Assembly (NCBI GenBank): GCA_963665125.2
Contig: CAXXUK010000001.1
Span: 1,344,001-1,408,000, forward strand
Direction of reading: 5' to 3'
DNA length: 64,000 nt
Source of the DNA: an uncultured Desulfarculus sp.
Lineage (GTDB): Bacteria; Desulfobacterota; Desulfarculia; Desulfarculales; Desulfarculaceae
Shown: positions 1 through 9,191 of the stretch, piece after piece
Layout of the letters: every line of letters starts with the position of its first letter
Position numbering within the stretch: the stretch's first letter is position 1
Made by a program: the position numbers and the translations under genes
Notes under the pieces: model-generated
The model's database searches: none
The model's input: the letters and a program-made list of their open reading frames with translations, nothing else
What the model was told of the DNA's origin: nothing

Positions 1-998
1 TTGTCGGTGACTTCCTTGACCATTTCGTTGGCAAAGCACTTGGCCAGGGAGGCCTCGTAAATCGAAGGCAGGCCCTTGCCCGCGCCGCTGGCCGCCCGGT
101 AGACCAACAGCCGCGCCGCGTCGAGCTTCATGGCCATTTCGGCTATTGGAAATTGGATGGCCTGGAACTCGCAGATGGGCCGTCCGAAAGCCTCGCGCTC
201 CAGGGCGTAGTTGCGGGCGAACTCCAGAGCCCCGCCGGCCACGCCCAGGCACATGGCCGAATTGCCGCAACGCTCGATGTCAAAGGTCATCATCAGTTTC
301 TTGAAATCGCCTTCGTGAATCACCAGGTCATCGGGGCCGACCTCCACCTCCTCGAAGATCAGATCGCACGAAGGCATGCCCCGCAGGCCCATGAATTCCT
401 CCTGGGCCCCGAAGCTGAAGCCGGGGCGGCCCTTTTCAATCAATACGCCGCCGATGCCCTTGTAGCCCTGCGTATCGCCGAAGCGTACATAGACCAGATA
501 GTGGCTGGCGTATCCCGCGCCGGTTATGAAACACTTGCGGCCGTTGAGTTTGTAGCCGCTGCCGCTTGGCGTCAGTTTGGTGCTCAGGCCGGTGAGGTCC
601 GAGCCCGCTTCCGGTTCGGTCATGCATACGCTGACGCTGTTTTCGCCCCGGCACACGCCGGGCAAGACAGCCTGTTTCTGCTGGAGCGTGCCGAACATGT
701 CGATGACCCGCACCGCGCCCACGCATGACTCGAAAACCGGCGAAGCGATCATGGGGCTGTATTTGGCCAGGGCCTCAATGGCCAATACGGCGTCAATGGA
801 TTCCGCGCCCTGGCCGCCGTATTCTTCGGGCAGGGTCATGCCCAACAGGCCCAAATCCTTATATGTGTCCATCAGTTCGTGGGGAAACTCTCCCTTGGCG
901 TCGATCTCGTTGGCCAGCTGGGCAAAGCCTTCCCGTTCGCCCATCTTGGCGATGGTGTCCAGGAGCATCCATTGTTCTTCGCTGAAGTTAAAATCCAT
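1..998 (-). CDS. Acyl-CoA dehydrogenase (partial; runs off the left edge)
   Basis: Absent from the ORF track; translated by hand from ATG at 998: MDFNFSEEQWMLLDTIAKMGEREGFAQLANEIDAKGEFPHELMDTYKDLGLLGMTLPEEYGGQG, later MTEPEAGSDL, LNGRKCFITGA and RKAFGRPI motifs. AAGGA RBS upstream. Confidence 0.93.
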   Translation of the reverse strand, partial: MDFNFSEEQWMLLDTIAKMGEREGFAQLANEIDAKGEFPHELMDTYKDLGLLGMTLPEEYGGQGAESIDAVLAIEALAKYSPMIASPVFESCVGAVRVIDMFGTLQQKQAVLPGVCRGENSVSVCMTEPEAGSDLTGLSTKLTPSGSGYKLNGRKCFITGAGYASHYLVYVRFGDTQGYKGIGGVLIEKGRPGFSFGAQEEFMGLRGMPSCDLIFEEVEVGPDDLVIHEGDFKKLMMTFDIERCGNSAMCLGVAGGALEFARNYALEREAFGRPICEFQAIQFPIAEMAMKLDAARLLVYRAASGAGKGLPSIYEASLAKCFANEMVKEVTD

Positions 999-1012
999 GG
1001 GGTTTTCTTTCC

Positions 1013-2383
1013 TTAAACAGCCTTGGTCAGTAGGCTGATATCGCTGATGTTTTCCAATCCCAGCACCATGTCGATCATCTCGTTGATACGGGTGGCGTCA
1101 CGCGCTCCGGCAAAGGCGCGCACCTTGTCGCCCAGTTCCGGGGCCTTCAAAGGCGTGCGCGGGTCGCCCAGGGGCGTGTCCACCTGGCGGGTAAGCACGC
1201 CGCCGCCGTTCATGGTCACTTCCACCCGGCTGGAGGTCTTGTCCGGGTACACGGCGTTGAGCTGCTCGTCGGCCTGCACGCTGACCTTGGCGGCCAGGGC
1301 CTGCACGTCGGCGTCGGCCACCCGGCGCTCGGTTAGCTGGTCCGGGCCCAGTTTGCCGTCCAGCAGGCATACGGCAACGACATAGGGAATGGAGAATTGG
1401 GCCGAAACAAACGAAGAGCTTTGATCAATGCCTTTGCCCACGGCCAGTTCGGCTATGCCGTATGTCTTAACGCTTACCGACTCGATCCGGGCCGGGTCCA
1501 GGCCCTCGTCGAGCACAAGCTCCAGGGAGGCCTGGGCCGCTCCGTGGGTGTGACGGCAGGCCGTGAACGGCTTGAAGTAGATGTCCATTATCGAGTAGTG
1601 ATCACCCAGACCGTTGGTCACGTGGTCCAGGTTGTGGCCGCCGCTTGAGGTCATCTTGCAGAAGCCGCCATCCAGGGCCGAGCCTTCCAGCACGTAAGGC
1701 ATGCCCGTGATGCCGCGCTTGGCCAGACCGGCGGCCATTATCCCGGCCTGGGCCGCTTGGCCACCCTGAACGATCTTGACGGTGAAGCCGCCCATCAGGT
1801 TTTCGGCCATGGAGATGGGGGCCATGTAGCCGGCGCCGCCCATGGCGCTGAGCATCTGCTCCAAATCGCAGCCCAAAAGCCGGGCAGCCGCCACGCCCGC
1901 ACCAAAGGTGCCGCAGGTGCCGGTGGGCAAAAAGCCAGAAAGCGTGGACCAGGGATGCACCGCCGCCGCCGCCCTGTCGGCCGCCTCATATCCGGCCACC
2001 ACGGCCTCGATTACGGCCTTGCCGTTTGCGCCGGTTTCCTCGGCAATGGCCAGTGCCGCCGGGATCACCGCCGTGCCGGGGTGGTTGCCGCCGAAGCGCA
2101 GGCCGTCCTGGGCCTCGATGGCCTCGGCCAGGGTGCCGTTGACAAACGCCGCGTGGTGGGCGTTGCTGGAGTAGCCACAACCAAGAACAGTGGCCTTGCC
2201 CTTGGCGTCGATGGTCTTAACGTATTCGGCCACCGCCTTGGCCGCGTCCAGTTCCAGCGAACCGTATACGTTGGCCACGAAATCCAGGATGCACAGCTTG
2301 GCTTTTTCGATGACTTCCGGCGGCATGCCGTCGTACTTCAGCCCATGGCAGAACTGCGCCAATTGCCTTGTCTGACTCATCAT
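1013..2383 (-). CDS. MmgE/PrpD family protein
   Basis: AAFVNGTLAEAIEAQDG, HPGTAVIPAALA, FKPFTACRHTHG, AQFSIPY and GDPRTPL motifs of the MmgE/PrpD fold. Confidence 0.93.
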   Translation of the reverse strand: MMSQTRQLAQFCHGLKYDGMPPEVIEKAKLCILDFVANVYGSLELDAAKAVAEYVKTIDAKGKATVLGCGYSSNAHHAAFVNGTLAEAIEAQDGLRFGGNHPGTAVIPAALAIAEETGANGKAVIEAVVAGYEAADRAAAAVHPWSTLSGFLPTGTCGTFGAGVAAARLLGCDLEQMLSAMGGAGYMAPISMAENLMGGFTVKIVQGGQAAQAGIMAAGLAKRGITGMPYVLEGSALDGGFCKMTSSGGHNLDHVTNGLGDHYSIMDIYFKPFTACRHTHGAAQASLELVLDEGLDPARIESVSVKTYGIAELAVGKGIDQSSSFVSAQFSIPYVVAVCLLDGKLGPDQLTERRVADADVQALAAKVSVQADEQLNAVYPDKTSSRVEVTMNGGGVLTRQVDTPLGDPRTPLKAPELGDKVRAFAGARDATRINEMIDMVLGLENISDISLLTKAV

Positions 2384-2394
2384 CGCCCCCTTGG

Positions 2395-3189
2395 TTATAC
2401 GTAGCCGCGGTTGAGGTAGAGTTTGATCATGCCCAGCGGGTCCAGGACCTCGCGCAGGGCTTTGAGTTCCTCGGGCCGAGGCGTTTCGGTTTCGTGCACG
2501 TCGTCAGCCACCTTCAAGTCCCATGGCGTGGCCTCGACGATCTCCTCGATGGTATGTCCGGGGTGGTAGGAGGCCAGATAGGCCGCCTTGGTCTCGGGGT
2601 CAAAGCGCAGCAGGGCCTTGTTGGTGATTATGGCGCCGGGGCCGCTGCCCTGGGGCAGGCCCCACTTTTCCCGGGCGCCGGGGCCGTCGATGTAGCCCGG
2701 TGTGGTCAGGAAATCCACCTTTTCGGCCAGGCGGCGTTTGTCGTGCAGGGCGATGATCAGGGTCTTTTTGGCCAACGAGCCGATGGCGTTGGCCCCGCCG
2801 CTGCCCGGCAGGCGGGATTTTGGATTGTCGTAGTCGCCGATTGCCGTGGTGTTGATATTGCCGAATTTGTCGACCTGGCTGCCGGACAAAAAGCCCACAT
2901 CCACCAGGCCGCCTTGCAGGCACATGGCCATGATCTCCAACAGGCCGCCGACCATGGCCGCGCCGGGGTTGAGGCAGGGGTCGCCCACTGACAGGGCCGG
3001 CCGCTTGGGCTGGGCGTCGATTACGCCCGACTCCTGCATCAGAATCGCGTTTGGCGCGTGGGTCTGCTTGGCGATGCCCGCGCTCATGGTCGGAAAGCCC
3101 GTACCCACGATGACCACGTCGCCGTCCTTTATTTCCCTGGCCCCGCAGCAGGCCATGAGTTCCGGTTTGATATATTCAACGGATTGCAT
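2395..3189 (-). CDS. Family I CoA-transferase beta subunit (glutaconate CoA-transferase B-like)
   Basis: VGTGFP, catalytic Glu in QESG, GSQVDKFGNIN, RLPGSGGANAI. Confidence 0.9.
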   Translation of the reverse strand: MQSVEYIKPELMACCGAREIKDGDVVIVGTGFPTMSAGIAKQTHAPNAILMQESGVIDAQPKRPALSVGDPCLNPGAAMVGGLLEIMAMCLQGGLVDVGFLSGSQVDKFGNINTTAIGDYDNPKSRLPGSGGANAIGSLAKKTLIIALHDKRRLAEKVDFLTTPGYIDGPGAREKWGLPQGSGPGAIITNKALLRFDPETKAAYLASYHPGHTIEEIVEATPWDLKVADDVHETETPRPEELKALREVLDPLGMIKLYLNRGYV

Positions 3190-3202
3190 GTCTCATCCCC
3201 CG

Positions 3203-4138
3203 CTAGTAGGCGTAGCTCACCGGATAGCCGTAATCGAACCCGGCCATGAGCTTTTTGAATTCGGCGTAGCCCTTTTTCTCGATGACTTTCTGGGTGTAGG
3301 CGGCGCGGTCCTCCACACCGTAGATCCATTGGTCCACAAAGGCCTTGAAGCCTTCCTCGGTGTCCGAGGCGACCTTGTATTCATAGCCCCAGCCGAAATC
3401 CACGTCATAGAAGCCCGGCGTATAACCCGGATGCGCGCCGAATGGATCCTCCACCACGGCGCAGACCTTGAACGACGGCACGATGGTCCGGGACGGGTCC
3501 TTGCCGATGGTCTCACGGCTGACCACGCGCTCGCAGCTTACAATGACCTTCTTGGAGGCCATGGCTCCGGCCTGGCAGTCGCCGCCGATGCCCCAGATCT
3601 GGGCGTTGCCTTCCACGTCGGCCTGCTGCACGTGGATGATGGCCACGTCCGGGGTCAGAGCCGGAGCCAACAGCACCGGCGAACCGTCAAAGGGCGAGTC
3701 GATGAGTTTGTACTTGCCGTCGCCCATGAACGACTTGATATTCAAAAGGTCCGTGCCGACCATGTCCTTGACCGGCACGAAGGGCATACCCATGGCCCCG
3801 GCCTGGAGCATCAGGGGCAGCGAGAGGTTGGTGTATTCCTCGATCTCTATCTTGTGGGGTATGCCTCTTTCCAGGGAGCGCCGGAAGCAGCGTCCCAGGC
3901 CGTAGATGCCCAGGCTCAGGAAAGTGGAAATAAAGCGTTTGACGCAGCCCGCGCCGATGAGCATGTCAAAGTCGTCGGCCGCGTTGCTGCGGGTGATGGT
4001 CAGGTCCTTGAGGCCCTGGCGGATGATCTCGTGCACCGCCGACATGGGCGGGCGGCAGATATAGCCGCCGATGTACACGAAATCCCCGCTGGATACGTGT
4101 TGGCTTATGGCCTCTTTCATGGTTGTGACTTTACTCAT
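3203..4138 (-). CDS. Family I CoA-transferase alpha subunit (glutaconate CoA-transferase A-like)
   Basis: Start moved to MSKVTTMKEAI. PMSAVHEIIRQ, AGAMGMPF, PDVAIIHVQQADVEGN, PFGAHP. Confidence 0.9.
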   Translation of the reverse strand: MSKVTTMKEAISQHVSSGDFVYIGGYICRPPMSAVHEIIRQGLKDLTITRSNAADDFDMLIGAGCVKRFISTFLSLGIYGLGRCFRRSLERGIPHKIEIEEYTNLSLPLMLQAGAMGMPFVPVKDMVGTDLLNIKSFMGDGKYKLIDSPFDGSPVLLAPALTPDVAIIHVQQADVEGNAQIWGIGGDCQAGAMASKKVIVSCERVVSRETIGKDPSRTIVPSFKVCAVVEDPFGAHPGYTPGFYDVDFGWGYEYKVASDTEEGFKAFVDQWIYGVEDRAAYTQKVIEKKGYAEFKKLMAGFDYGYPVSYAY

Positions 4139-4161
4139 TGAACCAGTACTCCGAATTTGCT

Positions 4162-6543
4162 CTACAGGTTGAACTCCGAACGGGCGATGATCTCTTCCTG
4201 GGCCAAGTCGCTCAGATCCACGAAAGTGCCGCAATAGCCGCTGATGCGAACAACCAGGTCCCGGTGGTTTTCCGGGTCTGCCTGGGCCTGGCGCAGCACT
4301 TCGCTGTCGGTCATGTTGAACTGCACCTGCACGCCGCCCCGCTGGAAATAGCCCTTGATCAAGTTCTCGAAGTTGTGGGTGCCCAGCTTTTTGCCGGAAA
4401 AGCGCATGTTCAGGTTCAGGCCGTTGTAGGCCCGGTACAGGGGCAGCTTGGTGACGGAATTCATGATGGCCGTGGGCCCGGAGATGGCCGCCCAGTTGCT
4501 GGGGGTCACGCCGTTGCCCAGGATGTCTCCGGCATGGCGGCCGTCGGGGGTGGCCCCGGTGAAGGCGCCCATGGCCAGATGGAAGCCCACAGAGAAGAAC
4601 CCGGCCCAGAACGCGCCGCCCCGGTAGTTTTTGTGCTTGGCCAGGGTCGTGCAGAAGTGCTCCATGACGCGCCCGGCCATGGCGTCGGCCTGGTCGTTGT
4701 CATTGCCGTATTTGGGGATCTTGCGGGCCAGGTAGGTGCGTTGTTCCTCGGCCTCGTCCCAATCGTCGGCCAGCCAGGCGGCCAGATCTTCAATGCCGAA
4801 GGTCTGGTCGTCATATACGGCCTGTTTGACGGCCGTAAGGCTGTCGGCCACGTTGCTGAAACCCATGAACTGGGCCCCGGTGGAGTTGTAGATAGCACCG
4901 CCGCCGGTCAGGTCCAGGGCCTTGTCCAGGGGGCCGTCGATCATGGCCGAGGCGAACGGCGACGGCAGCATCTCGGCGATGGCCTGGTCCAGGCAGGCGA
5001 TGCCCCGCACGAACTGGGTAACAAAGTGGTTTATCTGAGCGTCATAGGCCTGCCACACGTCATCAAAGCTCTTGAAATCGGCCGGGTCGCCGGTCTCCGG
5101 CCCGGACTGGTAGCCGAAGATATTGTCCACACCATTGCTGAGGGCCAGTTCAAGGCACTTGATGCCGCTGAACTGCACGGCAAAGGTGGAGCCGAAGGTC
5201 TTGCCCTGGGCATTGGGCTCCAGGCAGCCCACCACGCCGTAATCGCGGGCGTCTTCCAGGGTCAGTCCGGCGTCGGTGAGCGAGCGGATAATGGCCTCGT
5301 CGTTGAAGAAGTGCACCAACACGCCGTCTTTGGTGTAGTCCACTGTGCGCTCCCAAAGCTCGGCCGAAGCCTCGGGCCCGAAACGCACGCCGAAGTTGGG
5401 CTGCACCGTACGGATGTCGCCGTAGGAATCGAGAATGATGTAGCTTAGATCATTGGTGGCGTCGGTTCCGTCCATGCCCACGCCGCCCACGGTGACGTTC
5501 TGGGTGGTCTTGCCCTCGGTGCCTTCGCCGCCGGGGATGTAGGCCTCTTCCAGCACGTTCCAGATCTCGTTGCACTTGAGGAACATCAGAGCCACCAGCT
5601 CACGGGCATATTCGGGAGTGACGCCCCCCCGCTGCAAGTCTTCTTTGTAATAAGGGTATAACACCTGGTCGATGCGGCCCAGGGAGATGGAGTTGCCGCC
5701 GGTCTCGATCTGGCTGATGAGGTGGATGAAGTACATGGCCTGAACGGCCTCGTGGAAATTACGGGGCCGGTGTTCGGGCACGTGGCGGCAGGCCTCGGCG
5801 ATGCGCTCAAGCTCGGCCTTGCGCACAGGGTCGTCCTCTGCGGCGGCCATTTCGGCGGCCAGATCGGCGTAGCGGCCCGCGAACGTCACCGCGGCCTTTA
5901 GCGAACGAATCACCGCCTCGTAGAATTTGCCCTTCTTGCCCGCCCGTTCGGCTTGGTCCAGAGCATCGAGCTTGGCCTGGGCCTCGGCCATGACTCCGGC
6001 CAGGCCCTGGTCCAGGACCCTCGCGTGGTTCATGGTGAAATGTCCCACGCCGTAGGTGATCTCCAGCATGAAGGTGAAGATGTACTTGTCCATGTCCTCG
6101 GACACGTCTTCGGGCAACAGGCTCTCGAAATATTCCTCCACCGTGCGGCCCTGCCAGAACGGCAAGATGTCTTCCAGCAGCTCGCGCTTTTCCTCGGCGG
6201 TTATCAAGGCCCGCTGCACCACCCGCTCGTCAAAGCCTTCGGTGTCGCCTTCCAGCCAGCGGGATTTGTTCTCCGGGAACAGCGGCGCGCCCTTGAGCTT
6301 GCTGGTGCGGCAGCCCACGATCAACTCATCGTCGCGGATGATCACCGAAATATTGGCCAAAATTTTTTCCAGGGCAAGGCTCATTCGGGTCAAGGGGTCG
6401 GCGTCCCAGTTTTCGGCCATGGCCCGGGTCACCCAGCGGGCCCGCTCCACGCAGACCTCCTGGGGCGCATTGATTATGCGCCGCCGGACCCGTTCCACCC
6501 TTGACAGGGCGGCATTGGTTCTAGTATTTGCTTGAATGGTCAC
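4162..6543 (-). CDS. Glycyl-radical enzyme (PFL2/eliminase-like, substrate unknown), 793 aa
   Basis: SLGRIDQVLYPYY, QNVTVGG, Cys loop GCLEP (nt 5215-5229), TPDGR, QVQFN, Gly loop LVVRISGY (nt about 4234-4257). GTG start. Confidence 0.95.
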   Translation of the reverse strand: MTIQANTRTNAALSRVERVRRRIINAPQEVCVERARWVTRAMAENWDADPLTRMSLALEKILANISVIIRDDELIVGCRTSKLKGAPLFPENKSRWLEGDTEGFDERVVQRALITAEEKRELLEDILPFWQGRTVEEYFESLLPEDVSEDMDKYIFTFMLEITYGVGHFTMNHARVLDQGLAGVMAEAQAKLDALDQAERAGKKGKFYEAVIRSLKAAVTFAGRYADLAAEMAAAEDDPVRKAELERIAEACRHVPEHRPRNFHEAVQAMYFIHLISQIETGGNSISLGRIDQVLYPYYKEDLQRGGVTPEYARELVALMFLKCNEIWNVLEEAYIPGGEGTEGKTTQNVTVGGVGMDGTDATNDLSYIILDSYGDIRTVQPNFGVRFGPEASAELWERTVDYTKDGVLVHFFNDEAIIRSLTDAGLTLEDARDYGVVGCLEPNAQGKTFGSTFAVQFSGIKCLELALSNGVDNIFGYQSGPETGDPADFKSFDDVWQAYDAQINHFVTQFVRGIACLDQAIAEMLPSPFASAMIDGPLDKALDLTGGGAIYNSTGAQFMGFSNVADSLTAVKQAVYDDQTFGIEDLAAWLADDWDEAEEQRTYLARKIPKYGNDNDQADAMAGRVMEHFCTTLAKHKNYRGGAFWAGFFSVGFHLAMGAFTGATPDGRHAGDILGNGVTPSNWAAISGPTAIMNSVTKLPLYRAYNGLNLNMRFSGKKLGTHNFENLIKGYFQRGGVQVQFNMTDSEVLRQAQADPENHRDLVVRISGYCGTFVDLSDLAQEEIIARSEFNL

Positions 6544-6546
6544 GGC

Positions 6547-7368
6547 TCACACCTTTATGTCCATGTGTTTGAGCAAAATGGCGTCCCGCACCCTGCACGG
6601 CAGGAAGCGGTTCAAAATCAGGAACACGCTGCTCATGAAGTCGATCTGGTAGAACTTCTTGGGCCGGTCCTTGAGAATCACGTCGTAAATCTTTCGCGAG
6701 GCCTGATCCGGGGTGGGCGCGGTCTTGATCAGCTCATCGTCGCGGTTGATAAACCGTCGCACCCGGTCGAAATACGGCGAAGATTCGGGCGGCAGAACAT
6801 GGATCTTGGCCGCGAAATCCGTGGAGACCTGGGCAGGCTGAATGATGGTGCAGGTGATGCCAAAAGGCTCCAGTTCGTAGCGCAGGCTCATGATCATGCC
6901 CTCCACGGCGAACTTGCTGCCGCTGTAGATGGACTCGAAGGGGAACGGCACCTGACCCACCAGAGACGACATGCAGATCAGCTTGCCGCCGCGCTGCTGG
7001 CGCATGTGGGGCACAAAGGCCTGCAACAGGGCCGCCGTGCCGATGACATTGATATCCAGGCAGGTCAGGGCCTTTTCCAGGTCCACCTCCTCGAACGGGC
7101 TGAAAAAACCGATGCCCACGTTGGAGAGAACGGTGTGCACCCTGGGAAATTTGGCCAGCACTTCATCACGAAAGGCCAGGATGCCCGGCCGGTCGGTGAT
7201 GCTCATGACCTTGAGCAGATGATCGCCTTTGAGTTCATTCTTAAGCGATTCGATGCCCTCGGCGTCCACGTCGAAACCGGCCACCGAATGCCCGGCGGCG
7301 TCGAGCATCTTGGCCACCTCGCGGCCCATGCCCTGGGCCAGCCCGGAAATCACCACTACCTGTTTCAT
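6547..7368 (-). CDS. Classical short-chain dehydrogenase/reductase
   Basis: Start MKQVVVISGLAQGMG after a GGGGAGG RBS; catalytic YSGSK; stop lies 3 nt before the GRE start. Confidence 0.9.
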   Translation of the reverse strand: MKQVVVISGLAQGMGREVAKMLDAAGHSVAGFDVDAEGIESLKNELKGDHLLKVMSITDRPGILAFRDEVLAKFPRVHTVLSNVGIGFFSPFEEVDLEKALTCLDINVIGTAALLQAFVPHMRQQRGGKLICMSSLVGQVPFPFESIYSGSKFAVEGMIMSLRYELEPFGITCTIIQPAQVSTDFAAKIHVLPPESSPYFDRVRRFINRDDELIKTAPTPDQASRKIYDVILKDRPKKFYQIDFMSSVFLILNRFLPCRVRDAILLKHMDIKV

Positions 7369-7382
7369 GTCCTCCCCTTCCC

Positions 7383-8366
7383 TTATTCCCGGCCGCTTTG
7401 CCAAAGCCGTCCAAGTTCTTTCAGCGATTCATGAAAGTCCGGATATTTCAAAGAAAATCCCGTATCTTTGAGCTTTTGATTGGAAACCACGTAATCGTGG
7501 TACAGATAGCCCACCGCCTCGTATTCCAGTTCAGGGAGCTTGCCCCGCATACCGGAGAAAAAGCCGTCAACCCGTGACATGACCTTCATCAGGCCCAAAG
7601 GCAAATGCATGTTCGGCGCCTTCTGGCCGTATACCTCGGCCGACCAGGTCAGGGCCTGCTGTAAGGTTGGCTTGCTGTCGTCGCTGATGTTGTAGGCCTG
7701 GCCCACGGACCCGGGCAGCCGCGACAGGTGGTCCATGGCCAGAGCCACGTCCTCGGCCCGGATATTGGCCAAGAGCTGCTTGCCGTTGCCGGGGATGGCC
7801 GGTATGGAACTGGGCCTGGAAAAAACCTTACCCGCGCCATCGTTACAGCGGGGCCCGTAGACCGTGCAGGGCCTTATGATCACTGCGGGCAGGCCCTTAT
7901 TTACCTGCCGCCAAACCACCTCCTCGCCGTCTCGCTTGCTGCGGCCGTAGCTGTCCTTGGGGTTGCGCGGCGATTGTTCGGTAAAAGGCGATCCGGTGTA
8001 AAGCCCGTACACCGATGTGGATGTAACGTGGACAAAGCTCTTGACCCTCGCATCCAGGGCCAGACCCGTGATGTGCTCGACCCCGGCGACATTTGTGGGG
8101 AAAAGCATTTCATACGGCGTGGACAAGTTGCAGATGGCCCCCAGGTGCATCACCCTATCCACCCCGCCCTCAAATAATGCGGGCAGGGTCTCGGGTTTGG
8201 TTAGATCGGCGGGCACGAATTCCACGCCGAGGTTGTCGAAAAACGACGTATCCCGCCGGGGTCGGGCCGTGGCTCGAACTTTTTCACCATTCCTGGCCAG
8301 CAACTCCACCACATGGCTGCCCATGAATCCGGCCGCGCCGGTCACCAAAGTCAGGCCAAAATCCAT
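7383..8366 (-). CDS. Extended SDR: NAD-dependent epimerase/dehydratase (3-beta-HSD-like)
   Basis: VTGAAGFMG, STSVYG, YGRSK, RPCTVYGP. Start moved to MDFGLTLVTG after an AAGGGGG RBS. Confidence 0.9.
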   Translation of the reverse strand: MDFGLTLVTGAAGFMGSHVVELLARNGEKVRATARPRRDTSFFDNLGVEFVPADLTKPETLPALFEGGVDRVMHLGAICNLSTPYEMLFPTNVAGVEHITGLALDARVKSFVHVTSTSVYGLYTGSPFTEQSPRNPKDSYGRSKRDGEEVVWRQVNKGLPAVIIRPCTVYGPRCNDGAGKVFSRPSSIPAIPGNGKQLLANIRAEDVALAMDHLSRLPGSVGQAYNISDDSKPTLQQALTWSAEVYGQKAPNMHLPLGLMKVMSRVDGFFSGMRGKLPELEYEAVGYLYHDYVVSNQKLKDTGFSLKYPDFHESLKELGRLWQSGRE

Positions 8367-8377
8367 ACCCTGCCCCC

Positions 8378-8947
8378 TTATGAATCCGCAGTGCCGGTTT
8401 TGGCCGCGGCGGCTTGTTTCTGCTCCAGCTCTGCAATTTCCCGCCTGGCCTTTTCCAGCCATTCGATGATCATGGTGTTGAAGCTCACGCCCAATTCGGC
8501 CATCAGGCGCACATAGTCGTCGTGGGATTGCCAGTGGCCCAGGTTTTCCCGGCGCAGATCCAGTTGTTCCCGATATATGTCCATCTGGTGCTCAATGGCC
8601 GCCAAGGCGTCCCCCGGATCGCCGAAACCGTAGAAAATAAAGCGCATCAAGAAGGGATCGCGCAGGATCATATTCTTCTCGGGCGGAGCGGCCAGCCACT
8701 GGGCAAAGGCCATCTTTCCTTTATCGGTGATGGAATAAAGCTTGCGGCCCGGGCCTTTCTCGCCAGGCGTGGCCACGACCTTCATGGTCACCAGTTCCTC
8801 ATCCAGCAGCGTGCGCAGATTCGGGTATATCTGGCCGAAGTTTATAGACCACATGTGCCCGAAATTGCGCTCGATATGGCTCTTGATCCTGTAGCCGTGC
8901 ATATCCTTGTAGTGAAGCAAACCCAGAATTGCGTATTTGATCGACAT
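8378..8947 (-). CDS. PadR-family (AphA-like, long C-terminus) transcriptional regulator
   Basis: AILGLL...HGYRI...FGHMWSINFGQIYPNL...RKLYSITDKG; first gene of the GRE operon. Confidence 0.92.
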   Translation of the reverse strand: MSIKYAILGLLHYKDMHGYRIKSHIERNFGHMWSINFGQIYPNLRTLLDEELVTMKVVATPGEKGPGRKLYSITDKGKMAFAQWLAAPPEKNMILRDPFLMRFIFYGFGDPGDALAAIEHQMDIYREQLDLRRENLGHWQSHDDYVRLMAELGVSFNTMIIEWLEKARREIAELEQKQAAAAKTGTADS

Positions 8948-8980
8948 GAAACCTCTCATGGTGATTATGTATTTGTTGTT

Positions 8981-9001
8981 TATATATACATTCTATATAT
9001 A
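8981..9001. promoter_or_regulatory. Dyad TATATATA-CATTC-TATATATA upstream of padR; candidate autoregulatory operator
   Basis: Symmetric element about 35 nt upstream of the start, with TTGACT on the minus strand at 9008-9013. Low-complexity sequence. Confidence 0.4.
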
Positions 9002-9191
9002 GTGCCAAGTCAACCCCCTTGGTGAATTTCGTGCAAAAAATAAAAAACAGCCTGTGCCATCAGGCAAAGACTGTTCTGCAACATACTGATTATTCACTAT
9101 TTTTGGATTACATAAAATGCCGATTATTGGTGGCTTAGTCTTGCTGCCGGACCCCAGGATTTACTGGCGGCCAAGGCGTCCGGAATTACCG

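Noticed and set aside
4162..6543. Calling the GRE pflB, cutC or bssA/assA
   Set aside because: No Cys-Cys pair, no microcompartment genes and no small subunits; no gene symbol is supportable.
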